This document shows positions 40,418-49,635 of a stretch of DNA of 64,000 nt, piece by piece (the stretch's first letter is position 1; every line of letters begins with the position of its first letter). Under the pieces are notes generated by a model. That model saw only the letters and a list, made by a program, of their open reading frames with translations, made no database searches and was not told the DNA's origin. Position numbers and translations under genes: made by a program. The stretch is from contig JACPYS010000028.1 in NCBI GenBank assembly GCA_016195915.1, forward strand, positions 132,542 to 196,541. The letters run 5' to 3'. Source of the DNA: Betaproteobacteria bacterium (lineage in GTDB: Bacteria; Pseudomonadota; Gammaproteobacteria; Burkholderiales; SG8-39).

Positions 40418-42501
40418 CCAGCTACCGCATCGGTGTCGACATCGGCGGCACGTTCACCGACATCGTGCTGCTCGGATCCGATGGCACGATCCATACCAAG
40501 AAGATTTCATCGAGCGTCGGTGACTACGCCAGCGCCATCGTAGAGGGGCTCGGCGAGGTATTCGGCGAGGCCGGCCTTGACGGCGGCATGGTGCAGGAAA
40601 TTCTCCACGGCACGACCGTCGCCGGAAACGCGATCCTCGAGTACAAGGGCGCGCGTGTCGGCCTGATCACGACCCGGGGATTCCGGGATGTACTGGAAAT
40701 CCGCACGCTGCGCATGCCGCGACTCTACGACATGGGCTGGATCAAGCCCGCACCTCTCGTCGAGCGTTACCTTCGCATGGTTGTCGACGAGCGGATCGAT
40801 GCCCACGGCGCGATCGAACGCGCCCTCGATCCGAAGGACGCCGGGCGAGCGGTTGACGCACTGCTTGCCGAGAAGGTCGAGGCGATCGCCGTGTGCCTGC
40901 TCAACTCGTTCACCAACCCGGCGCACGAATTGATGATCGCAGGGCTGATCAGGAACAAGGCACCCGCAATGCCGACCAGCATTTCCTGCGAGGTGTTGCC
41001 GGAAATCAAGGAGTACGAACGCACTTCGACCACCGTGGTCAACGCTTACGTGATGCCGATCGTCGCGCGCTACCTGCGCGCGTTGCGCAAGGGACTCGAT
41101 GAGGCGGGCGTTCCGGCGCGCCTGCTGCTGATGCAGTCGAACGGCGGGCTCACGACCGACACCGCTGCGGCCGAGCGTCCGATGAACATCATCGAATCGG
41201 GCCCGGCCGGTGGCGTGGTGGGCGCACAGGCGGTGGCCCGGGCGACAAAGCTGCCGAGGATCATCACATTTGACATGGGCGGAACCACCGCGAAGGCGTC
41301 CATGGTCGAAGACGGCGAGGTCACGCGTGCGGCCGAGTATTCGGTGGGCGCGGGCATCATGATCGGCTCGCGCTTGCTCACGGGCGCGGGGTACACGCTC
41401 AAGGTTCCGGCGATCGATCTTGCCGAAGTGGGCGCCGGTGGCGGTTCGCATGTCTGGATCGACGCCGGCGGTGCGTTGCAGATCGGCCCGCAGAGCGCGG
41501 GCGCCGTGCCCGGACCGGTGTGCTACGACAAGGGCGGCTCGGTGCCTACCGTAACGGACGCGAACGTGCTGCTCGGTTACATCAATCCGAACCACCTCGT
41601 CGGCGGCGCGTTGAAGCTGAACGCGGAACAGGCGCGCCGCATCTTCGCCCTGATGATCGCCGAGCCGCTCGGCATGACGGTGGAGCAGGCGGCCCATGGC
41701 GCGCACCAGATCGCGGCCTCGAACATGATTCGCGCGATCAAGGCGATCTCGACCGAGCGCGGGCGTGATCCGCGGGAGTTCGCGCTGTTTGCCTTTGGCG
41801 GTAACGGGCCGCTCTTCGCCTGCGGCATGGCGAGCGCGCTGGGCATGAAACAGGTGGTGGTGCCTCCTTCAGCGGGGCTTTTCTCCTCTTTCGGCCTGTT
41901 GTATGCCGATATCGAGCACCACTACTCGCGCACGTTCCGGCGGCTGTTGCGCAAGGCCGATCTGCAGCAGGTCCAGCGCGCTTGGGATGCGCTGGCTGAT
42001 CAGGCGATGGGCCAGCTTGCAGTCGAGGGCTTCACCGGCGGCAGCGCGCGATTGCGTCGCTCCGCCGCCCTGCACTATCACGGGCAGAGCTTCGAACTTA
42101 CCGTGCCCGTACCCGATGGCAGGATCGATCAGGCGATGGTCGAGCAACTCGAGGAGGCGTTCGGGCGGGAGCACGAAAAGACCTACGGCCACCGCGCCGG
42201 GGCCGAAGAGCCGGTCGAACTGGTTTCGATCCGGATCGTGGGCCAGGGCCTGCGCGAAGGCGCGGGCGTTGCGCAACGCGTGCGTTCGAGCCGCGCGGAG
42301 CCCGAAGCGCCAGCGCCGCGCCCCGCCTATTTCGGGGCGGATATCGGCTGGCTCGAGACGCCGGTCCTGCGCCGCTCGGATCTCTCGACACCACGCGCCG
42401 GCCCGCTGATCATCGAGGAGTACGACGCGACCTGCGTGATTCCGCCGCAGGCCCGCGCGGGCCTCGATCCGGGCGGCGATATCGTGATTGAAATCGCCTA
42501 G
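40414..42501 (+). CDS. Hydantoinase A/oxoprolinase family protein (second copy)
   Basis: IGVDIGGTFTDIV, TFDMGGTTAK, EVGAGGGSHVW. The ATG overlaps the hyuB stop (ATGA). Confidence 0.92.
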   Translation: MTSYRIGVDIGGTFTDIVLLGSDGTIHTKKISSSVGDYASAIVEGLGEVFGEAGLDGGMVQEILHGTTVAGNAILEYKGARVGLITTRGFRDVLEIRTLRMPRLYDMGWIKPAPLVERYLRMVVDERIDAHGAIERALDPKDAGRAVDALLAEKVEAIAVCLLNSFTNPAHELMIAGLIRNKAPAMPTSISCEVLPEIKEYERTSTTVVNAYVMPIVARYLRALRKGLDEAGVPARLLLMQSNGGLTTDTAAAERPMNIIESGPAGGVVGAQAVARATKLPRIITFDMGGTTAKASMVEDGEVTRAAEYSVGAGIMIGSRLLTGAGYTLKVPAIDLAEVGAGGGSHVWIDAGGALQIGPQSAGAVPGPVCYDKGGSVPTVTDANVLLGYINPNHLVGGALKLNAEQARRIFALMIAEPLGMTVEQAAHGAHQIAASNMIRAIKAISTERGRDPREFALFAFGGNGPLFACGMASALGMKQVVVPPSAGLFSSFGLLYADIEHHYSRTFRRLLRKADLQQVQRAWDALADQAMGQLAVEGFTGGSARLRRSAALHYHGQSFELTVPVPDGRIDQAMVEQLEEAFGREHEKTYGHRAGAEEPVELVSIRIVGQGLREGAGVAQRVRSSRAEPEAPAPRPAYFGADIGWLETPVLRRSDLSTPRAGPLIIEEYDATCVIPPQARAGLDPGGDIVIEIA

Positions 42502-42558
42502 GAATTTCGGCCAAGCGCACGTGCCTGCCTGGTCAAGGAGATGTGCTAGTATGAACGT

Positions 42559-42798
42559 ATGACACGCACAACGATTTCCCTGCCCGACGGACTGGCGCTC
42601 ATGCTCGCCCGCGAAGCGAAACGCCTCGACGCGTCGGTTTCCGAGGTCGTGCGTCAGGCGATCACCCGGCACCTGGGCGTCGGCGACTCCGGCCAGGGGC
42701 CCGGCTTCATCGCCATCGGCCGCAGCGGCAAGCGCCGCACCGCTCGCAACGCGGAGGCCATCCTTGCGCGGGAATGGCGCGGTGCTCGCCGTCGTTGA
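42559..42798 (+). CDS. vapB: Ribbon-helix-helix (CopG/VapB-like) antitoxin
   Basis: MTRTTISLPDGLALMLAREAKRLDASVSEVVRQAITRHL. Confidence 0.78.
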   Translation: MTRTTISLPDGLALMLAREAKRLDASVSEVVRQAITRHLGVGDSGQGPGFIAIGRSGKRRTARNAEAILAREWRGARRR

Positions 42799-43198
42799 CA
42801 CCGGTCCGCTGTACGCCGCCGCCGACGCGGACGACGACGACCATGCCGCCTGCGCCGCCGCGCTGCGCAGCAAGGACTACCGGATCGTCATTCCGGCACT
42901 GGTCGTCGCGGAAACGACCTATTTGATCGGCACCCGGCTCGGCGCTCGCGCCGAGGTGAGATTTCTCGAATCGCTCGCTGCGCTCGATGTGGAGGCGCCC
43001 GCCGCGTCGGACTGGGCGCGCATCGCTGAACTGGCGGAGCGCTACCGGAATTTCCCGCTTGGCGGAGTGGACGCGTCCGTCGTGGCACTTGCCGAACGGC
43101 TCGGCATCGACATCGTCGTCACCTTGGATCGAAGACACTTTGGCGCAATTCGACCAAAGCATTGCCGAGCGTTCCAACTGCTGCCTGAAGTTCAATAA
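42764..43198 (+). CDS. vapC: PIN-domain toxin VapC (apparently intact)
   Basis: VVDTGPLYAAAD, VVAETTYL, GGVDASVVALAE and TLDRRHF give four PIN acidic positions. Start is TTG 42764 or GTG 42782; it overlaps vapB. Confidence 0.8.
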   Translation: MRGNGAVLAVVDTGPLYAAADADDDDHAACAAALRSKDYRIVIPALVVAETTYLIGTRLGARAEVRFLESLAALDVEAPAASDWARIAELAERYRNFPLGGVDASVVALAERLGIDIVVTLDRRHFGAIRPKHCRAFQLLPEVQ

Positions 43199-43243
43199 CG
43201 AAGAGGATATCCGCCGCCGGGCGATCACGGGGTGGGGGGCGAT

Positions 43244-44530
43244 TCAATTCGCCGTCATCTGCGGGAGCCAGAGCGCAAGCGAAGGCCAGATCCAGAGCGC
43301 GGCGATCATCACGAGCATCGTCAGCACAAACGGCGATGCGCCGATGATCACATCGTCGATCTTGCCTCCCCGGCGCAGCCCCTGCACGACGTAGAGGTTG
43401 ATGCCGACCGGTGGCGTGATCATCGCCGTTTCCATCAGGATCACGATCAGGATACCGAACCAGATCGTATCGTAGCCCGCCGCGACCATGATCGGCGTGA
43501 TGATCGGCACCGTGGCAACCATCATCGACAGCGTTTCCATGAACATGCCGAGGATCACGTAGAAGATCACCACCGCGACGAACAGCTCGGTCGGCGTCAG
43601 TCCGAGCCCGGTGATGAATTTGTTGATCTGCGTGGTCAGGCCGATCGAGGTGATGACAAAATTCAGAAAGTAGGCGGCGATCAGGATCGCCATGATCATC
43701 GCGGTGGTGCGCATGGCGCCCTCAAATGCCTGCAGCAGCATGCGCACGCTCAGCTTGCCGTGCCAGGCGGCGATCCCCAGGGCCGCGATCACGCCCAGCG
43801 CGGCAGACTCGGTCGCGGTCGCCCAACCCGCATAGATCGAGCCGATGACGGCGAGGAAGATCACGAGCGGCGGGATGAGATCGGGCAGCGCGTGGATGCG
43901 CTGGGCCCAGTTCGCCGCGGTGCGCTCGCCGCCCAGGCCAGGACGAACCAGGCAGATGGCAAGCACCGTCAGGCTGAACAGGCCGGCAAGAATGAATCCC
44001 GGGATGATGCCGGCGAGATACAGCTTGGGAATGGAGGAATCGGTCAGCACGCCGTATACGATCATGTTGATCGACGGCGGAATCAGGATGCCCAGCGTCC
44101 CTCCCGCCGCGATGGTGCCGAGGAACAGGCGCTCCGAATAATTGTGTTTCTTGATCTCGCCCATCGCCACCGTGCCGATGGTGGCGGCGGTGGCGACGCT
44201 CGAGCCCGAGGTGGCGGCAAACATCGCGCAGGCGGCGATGTTGGCGTGCATCAGCCCGCCCGGCAGCCAGGGTATCCACAGCACGAGCGCGTTGTACATC
44301 CGTTCCGCCATCCCCGAGCGCAGCAGCACCTCGCCGAGCAGCACGAAGAACGGGATCGCGACCAGCAGGAAGTTGTTCGAAGTCGCCCACGACAGTTCTC
44401 CAATCGCGAGCGTGAGGGGCAGCTTGGAGTAAATGGCGGAGAGCGCCAGACCCATGACGCCCAGTACGGCGGCCACCGGAATCGCAAGCGCGAGCAGGAC
44501 GATCAGAATCCCGAGCGCCGTATAGATCAT
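43244..44530 (-). CDS. TRAP transporter large permease (DctM family)
   Basis: 428-aa polytopic protein with DctM-family sequence. It overlaps the small-subunit stop (ATGA). Confidence 0.9.
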   Translation of the reverse strand: MIYTALGILIVLLALAIPVAAVLGVMGLALSAIYSKLPLTLAIGELSWATSNNFLLVAIPFFVLLGEVLLRSGMAERMYNALVLWIPWLPGGLMHANIAACAMFAATSGSSVATAATIGTVAMGEIKKHNYSERLFLGTIAAGGTLGILIPPSINMIVYGVLTDSSIPKLYLAGIIPGFILAGLFSLTVLAICLVRPGLGGERTAANWAQRIHALPDLIPPLVIFLAVIGSIYAGWATATESAALGVIAALGIAAWHGKLSVRMLLQAFEGAMRTTAMIMAILIAAYFLNFVITSIGLTTQINKFITGLGLTPTELFVAVVIFYVILGMFMETLSMMVATVPIITPIMVAAGYDTIWFGILIVILMETAMITPPVGINLYVVQGLRRGGKIDDVIIGASPFVLTMLVMIAALWIWPSLALWLPQMTAN

Positions 44531-45126
44531 GGCGCACCCGCTTCACGCGTTTGCCGGTCCTTGAGGTCGCGGATCTCGTCCGCGACTTCTTCCTCCGCCG
44601 AGCGGGTGCTGATCGCAGCGGTGGCTTCGGTGACCCGGCCACGTGCCACCAGCATCAGCGCGTGCACGAAAAGCAGTGCGCCGATGACGACGAACACACA
44701 GAGCCCGAGGATCCAGACCGATTGCGGGATCACTGTGGGGGTCTGCAACGCGGACTGGCTGCGCGAGCCCGAAGCCCACGACTGCATGACCATGCTCGAG
44801 CCGTGCCAGGCGATCAGGCCGAAGAACGCGGTGAACACGGCCAGCCCGGCGAAGTCGAGCGCAAGACGCAGCCGGTTGGGCAGCAGGACGTAGAGCGAGT
44901 CGATGCGGATGTGCGCGCGATCGAGCAGGGCGGCCGCAAGGGACCACGCTGTCCCGATCGCCAGGGAGTAGCCCGCCAGCTCATCGGCGCCGCCGATCGA
45001 GGTGTTGAACAGTTTGCGCAGGACGACGTCGATACCGATCAGTATCGCAGCCAGCAGGACGAGCGCGCCGCCGAACCACAGGCCCCATTGGCTCAGGCGG
45101 CGAGCGCCTCTCATCACCGCTTGCAT
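44527..45126 (-). CDS. TRAP transporter small permease (DctQ family)
   Basis: ~199-aa 4-TM protein directly upstream of the DctM gene. Confidence 0.82.
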   Translation of the reverse strand: MQAVMRGARRLSQWGLWFGGALVLLAAILIGIDVVLRKLFNTSIGGADELAGYSLAIGTAWSLAAALLDRAHIRIDSLYVLLPNRLRLALDFAGLAVFTAFFGLIAWHGSSMVMQSWASGSRSQSALQTPTVIPQSVWILGLCVFVVIGALLFVHALMLVARGRVTEATAAISTRSAEEEVADEIRDLKDRQTREAGAP

Positions 45127-45194
45127 AGCCCCTTCCTCCCCGCTGCTTGTGCTACATCATCCCCAAACAGCGTAACGAGCGGGAGATCAGGCGA

Positions 45195-46244
45195 TTAGTT
45201 GACCGGGACCGAGAGCCCGAGTGACTTGCCGACCGTGCCGTTCCATTCCTTGGCGCACTCCGGACCACAGCGCTTTGCCCAGCCGGCAAGAACGGCCCCT
45301 TCCACCAGCTTTTTGTGTTGCTCGGCTTCCGCAGGTTTCACCGGCACGATGGTGAGAGTCGCCAGTTTACCCATGGTGCAGGGCTGCTTGTTGGTGTTGC
45401 AGTTGTCAGCCTCTGCCGCAGCCTTCTTGAGCGTCTGCCACATCTTGTCCTCGTAGGTCTTGACCTGTGCGAGCATGAAGTCCTGCGTGCGCTTGTCCAG
45501 GCGCTTCCATGTGTTCAGATTCACGGCCATGACATTGATGCTCCAGCCGAGCGACATGGGATAGAGCGATTTCGTCACCTCCGGCCAGCCGGCGGTGTTG
45601 CCCGACAGGCTGCCGGTCACGCCGCAGTCGACCACGCCGTTATTGAGCGCGGGAACCACTTCGGCGAAGGCCATGCTCACGGCCGTCGCGCCGACGCCGG
45701 TCAGGAAGTCGCGCATCGTATTGTTGAACACGCGGATCTTCTTGCCCTTGAGGTCGGCGAGCCCTCCGACCACGGTGCGGCACCAGAACACCTGCGGCGG
45801 GTTGCCGCCGAACGCAAGCAGCTTGGCGTTCCAGTTCTTCTGCATCTGGCGGTCGATCACCTCGCGGTAGGCGTTGCACGCGGCACGGGCCTTGTCCGCA
45901 TCGAGCGTAAGCCCCGCGAGATCGCAGCCCTCGAAGCGCGGATCGTCGCCGGCCATCTTCGAGATGTCCATGCCGGCAAAATCCATCACTCCAAGCCGCA
46001 GCAGCCGCAGCATCGTCTTGTCGTCAACGCCCATTTGATCGAGCGGCGTGATGTCGGCGGTGATAGCGCCGTTCGATGCCTTGGTCAGCGTCTCGCGCCA
46101 GAACGGCACCTCGTCCACGATCGAGGCAACGGTCGGGCCGTTCAATCCAATCACCTTGAACTGGTTCTTGGGCAGATCCTGCGCCGAAGCACCGAAGGAA
46201 ACAAATGTACCGAGTACTACCGTGCTCAACAGGCGATGAAACAT
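45195..46244 (-). CDS. TRAP transporter substrate-binding protein (DctP family)
   Basis: ATG 46244 gives MFHRLLSTVVLGTFVSFGASAQD (signal peptide) followed by DctP-like sequence. The longer ORF to 46604 is spurious. Confidence 0.85.
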   Translation of the reverse strand: MFHRLLSTVVLGTFVSFGASAQDLPKNQFKVIGLNGPTVASIVDEVPFWRETLTKASNGAITADITPLDQMGVDDKTMLRLLRLGVMDFAGMDISKMAGDDPRFEGCDLAGLTLDADKARAACNAYREVIDRQMQKNWNAKLLAFGGNPPQVFWCRTVVGGLADLKGKKIRVFNNTMRDFLTGVGATAVSMAFAEVVPALNNGVVDCGVTGSLSGNTAGWPEVTKSLYPMSLGWSINVMAVNLNTWKRLDKRTQDFMLAQVKTYEDKMWQTLKKAAAEADNCNTNKQPCTMGKLATLTIVPVKPAEAEQHKKLVEGAVLAGWAKRCGPECAKEWNGTVGKSLGLSVPVN

Positions 46245-46305
46245 GGTGTCCTCCCTTGTGCTGATGTTGCAGAATGCGCAAGATCCTACACCTTCCCGGC
46301 CGGCC

Positions 46306-47280
46306 ATGTCCGCAACGCTCGTATTGACCGAACGCTTACCCGAGGCCGGCATGCGCAAGCTTGCCGAGCGTCCCGAGGTGGCGGTATGCGTTCTGCCGGC
46401 CCCCTCGGCGATTGAGCTGGCACGCGCGCTTCCGGGCGCGGATGGCGTCGTGATGGTGATGGAACAACCGGCGCTCACTGCGGAAGTGATCGATCGGAGC
46501 CCGCGCCTGCGGGTCGCCTGCAGGATGGGCGCCGGGTATGACAATTTCGACGTTGCCGCACTCACGAGACGGCGGATTCCGCTGGTGACAACGGGCACCG
46601 CCAATGCCCGGACGGTCGCCGAGCACGCGCTCTACCTGATGCTTGCGCTTGCAAAACGCGGTCCGGCTCTCGACCGGGCGGTGAAAAGCGGCGCGTGGCC
46701 GCGCGGCTTTGGCGCCATCGAGTTGGCCGGCCTCACCTGCCTGGTGGTCGGCTACGGCCGGATCGGCCGTCAGGTCGCGCGCCTTGCCGCGGCTTTCGGC
46801 ATGCGGATCGTGGTCGTGGATCCGCACGTGCCGGAAGAGGCGATTGCGCTCGAAGGCTTCGCGCGCGCTGATTCACTGGCGGCGGGTCTTGCGAGTGCAG
46901 ACTTTATCGTGCTGGCCTGCGCGCATACGCCCGTCACCCGTCACCTGATCGATGCCACCCGTCTGGCGCAGATGAAACCCGGCGCCTTCCTGGTCAACGT
47001 CGCGCGTGGCCCGATCATCGATGAAAGCGCGCTCGCGACGGCATTGCATGATCGGCGGCTCGGCGGGGCGGGCCTGGATGTTCTCGAGACCGAGCCGCCG
47101 CGTGCCGGCAATCCGCTGCTCGCGCGCGATGACGTGGTGCTGACCCCGCATACCGCGGCTTACGTGCGCACGGCATTCGACAGAACAGCGCTGGCCTGCG
47201 CGGAAAATGCACTGGCCGGACTCGACGGGCGACTGGATCCGTCGCTCGTCGTGAACGCCGAGGTGTTGCGTCAGGAATGA
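46306..47280 (+). CDS. D-isomer-specific 2-hydroxyacid dehydrogenase
   Basis: VVGYGRIGRQVARL NAD fold, NVARGPIIDE, LTPHTAA. Start at ATG 46306. Confidence 0.9.
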   Translation: MSATLVLTERLPEAGMRKLAERPEVAVCVLPAPSAIELARALPGADGVVMVMEQPALTAEVIDRSPRLRVACRMGAGYDNFDVAALTRRRIPLVTTGTANARTVAEHALYLMLALAKRGPALDRAVKSGAWPRGFGAIELAGLTCLVVGYGRIGRQVARLAAAFGMRIVVVDPHVPEEAIALEGFARADSLAAGLASADFIVLACAHTPVTRHLIDATRLAQMKPGAFLVNVARGPIIDESALATALHDRRLGGAGLDVLETEPPRAGNPLLARDDVVLTPHTAAYVRTAFDRTALACAENALAGLDGRLDPSLVVNAEVLRQE

Positions 47281-47407
47281 CAAGGGTAAGGTGGGTAAAC
47301 ATCTCCATCGCTAAGCACGGTGACGTCAAGGGTTCCACGGGTCACCGGCCGTCCATGCGGACTCTGCAGCTGCGCTACACTAGGGCCCAAAGAATAGGGG
47401 AGCCGGA

Positions 47408-49243
47408 ATGCCGGAGCTGTTCTTCAAGGGAAAAGAGTACGTCTATAACCATCACCTCACGGTCCCCTACCGCCCGCTCATCGCCGATCCGGAGAAGTCC
47501 ATCGGCCCCGCCGACCTGGCGGGCAATCTCATCATCCACGGCGACAACCTGCATGCGCTGAAAAGTCTGCTGCCGCGCTACGCCGGCAAGGTCGATCTGA
47601 TTTTCATCGACCCGCCGTACAACACCGGCAACGAAAGCTGGTCCTACAACGACAACGTCAACTCGCCCATCATGCGCGAGTGGCTGAGGTCCAATCCCGT
47701 CAACGTCGAAGACATGCTGCGGCACGACAAGTGGCTGTGCATGATGTGGCCGCGGCTGACGCTGTTGCGCGAGTTGCTGTCGGACCGCGGAAGTCTATGG
47801 ATAACATTGGACGACAACGAAGTGCATCGGGCGCGCAGCGTGATCGATGAAATATTTGGTGCCGAGGCGTTTATTGCGTCTGTGATTTGGCAGAAGAATT
47901 TTTCTCCCAAAAATACCGCACAGTTTTTCTCCGAAGATCACGACTATGTACTTGTCGTTGCCAAGAACCGGGATCTCTGGCGTCCAAATCTGCTTGAGCG
48001 AACTGCTCGGATGGAGGCGAGATATTCCAATCCCGACAATGATTCACGTGGCGCCTGGACTTCTGGTGACCTATCTGCGCGAAATTACTACAGCGAAGGA
48101 ATTTATTCGGTCACGTGTCCGGGCGGACGGGTAATCGATGGGCCTCCGCCAGGAACGTTCTGGCGCGTCTCGAAAAAGAAATTCGATGCGCTTGATCGTG
48201 ACAAGAGAATCTGGTGGGGTGAAGATCAAAATAACATGCCGCGCCTTAAGCGATTCTTAGAGAACGTAAAGCAAGGCCGTGTACCTCAGACTTTGTGGTT
48301 TTACGAAGATGTAGGTCACACGCAAGACGCCAAGAAAACTCTCTTAGAAATTGGGGTGCTGAAATCGCAAGAGGATGCGACGATGACCCCCAAGCCGGTC
48401 GCTTTGATAGAAAAGGTGATTGAGCTTGGAACGCAGCCCGATTCCTTGGTCCTGGACTCATTCGCCGGTTCCGGCACGACAGGTCATGCGGTATTGCGCG
48501 CCAATTCAAATGACAGCGGCTCGCGCCGATTTATTCTCGTCGAAAGCGAAGACTACGCCGACCGTATCACCGCCGAGCGTGTACGTCGCGTGATCAACGG
48601 CTACGCCTACGTCGGCACGCAGCGCGAGGAGCTGCTGCGCGACAAAGTGACCTGGAGCAAGCTGCAGAAGTCGGCCGACCTGCTCGAGCAAGTAGAGGCG
48701 ATCAAACAGCGCGAGGGCTTTTCCGATCGCCCGGACCTGGCGCAGGTGCCGCCGGAGAAGCGGCGCTTCGACAAGGTCAACGTCAAGATGGACGATGGAG
48801 TTTTGCTGGTCGAAGGGGAAAAGAAGATTTCGAAACGCGTCGAGGGATTGGGCGGGGAATTCACTTACTGCACGCTGGGCGAGCCGATCGACGCGGAGAA
48901 AATCCTGTCGGGCGAACAACTGCCGGACTACTCCAGCCTCGCTGCCTGGCTGTTCTATACCGCGACCGGAGCCACGCTGGACAAATCACGAGTGAAGGAG
49001 AAGGAGTTCTTCATCGGCAGGGCGCAGGATCGCCACGTGTGGCTGATCTACAAGCCCGATCTGGTATTCCTGAAATCCCCCGAGGCGGCGCTTACGCTGT
49101 CCTTCGCCAAGGGACTGCGCGCAAAGCACAAGGACCGGCGGCACCTGGTGTTCGCTCCGGCCAAGTACCTCTCCAACAAGCAGTTGCTCGAATTCGGCGT
49201 CGAGTTCGCGCCCTTGCCGTTCGTACTGTACCGGGAGGCTTGA
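47408..49243 (+). CDS. mod: Type III restriction-modification DNA methyltransferase (Mod, beta-class N6A/N4C)
   Basis: Motif IV DPPY (47609-47620) precedes motif I FAGSG (48461-48475), which is the beta-class order. 611 aa. A res-type gene lies downstream. Confidence 0.9.
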   Translation: MPELFFKGKEYVYNHHLTVPYRPLIADPEKSIGPADLAGNLIIHGDNLHALKSLLPRYAGKVDLIFIDPPYNTGNESWSYNDNVNSPIMREWLRSNPVNVEDMLRHDKWLCMMWPRLTLLRELLSDRGSLWITLDDNEVHRARSVIDEIFGAEAFIASVIWQKNFSPKNTAQFFSEDHDYVLVVAKNRDLWRPNLLERTARMEARYSNPDNDSRGAWTSGDLSARNYYSEGIYSVTCPGGRVIDGPPPGTFWRVSKKKFDALDRDKRIWWGEDQNNMPRLKRFLENVKQGRVPQTLWFYEDVGHTQDAKKTLLEIGVLKSQEDATMTPKPVALIEKVIELGTQPDSLVLDSFAGSGTTGHAVLRANSNDSGSRRFILVESEDYADRITAERVRRVINGYAYVGTQREELLRDKVTWSKLQKSADLLEQVEAIKQREGFSDRPDLAQVPPEKRRFDKVNVKMDDGVLLVEGEKKISKRVEGLGGEFTYCTLGEPIDAEKILSGEQLPDYSSLAAWLFYTATGATLDKSRVKEKEFFIGRAQDRHVWLIYKPDLVFLKSPEAALTLSFAKGLRAKHKDRRHLVFAPAKYLSNKQLLEFGVEFAPLPFVLYREA

Positions 49244-49245
49244 TC

Positions 49246-49635
49246 ATGTCGCGTGCACGCTTCGAGTTGGCGCGAACACAGTTTGACCAGGCGCTGGCGC
49301 GCCTCTCCGAAGCACTGCGGGAGAATGAGACGTCGTTCATGCGCGACGCTGTTATTCAGCGCTTCGAGTTCACCTACGAACTGGGCTGGAAGTGCATGTT
49401 CTATTGGCTGCGGGATAACGGAGAAAAGATTCCGGAGATGGTGCGCCCGGTGATTCAGGCGGCGTTCCGTGTGGGGCTGATCGGCGACGTCGATCTCTGG
49501 GAAAAAATCAAGGACTGTCGCGATGAAACCAGCCATACCTACGACGAGGCGAAAGCAATCGAAGTTGCGGCCTTCATAAGGCGCGACGCCGAAAGCGCTT
49601 TCGGGGCGCTCAGAACTAAACTCGGAACCTTGTAA
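49246..49635 (+). CDS. HEPN-domain protein, HI0074 / nucleotidyltransferase substrate-binding family (HepT-like toxin candidate)
   Basis: IQRFEFTYELGWK and the Rx4H motif RDETSH (49519-49536) followed by TYDE. GGGAGG lies 7 nt upstream. The ATG is 2 nt after the mod stop. Confidence 0.85.
   Translation: MSRARFELARTQFDQALARLSEALRENETSFMRDAVIQRFEFTYELGWKCMFYWLRDNGEKIPEMVRPVIQAAFRVGLIGDVDLWEKIKDCRDETSHTYDEAKAIEVAAFIRRDAESAFGALRTKLGTL

Noticed and set aside
47408-47700. Phase-variable simple-sequence repeats in the 5' part of mod, as occur in many Type III mod genes.
   Set aside because: By eye I could find no homopolymer longer than about 6 nt and no tetra- or pentanucleotide repeat tract in mod.
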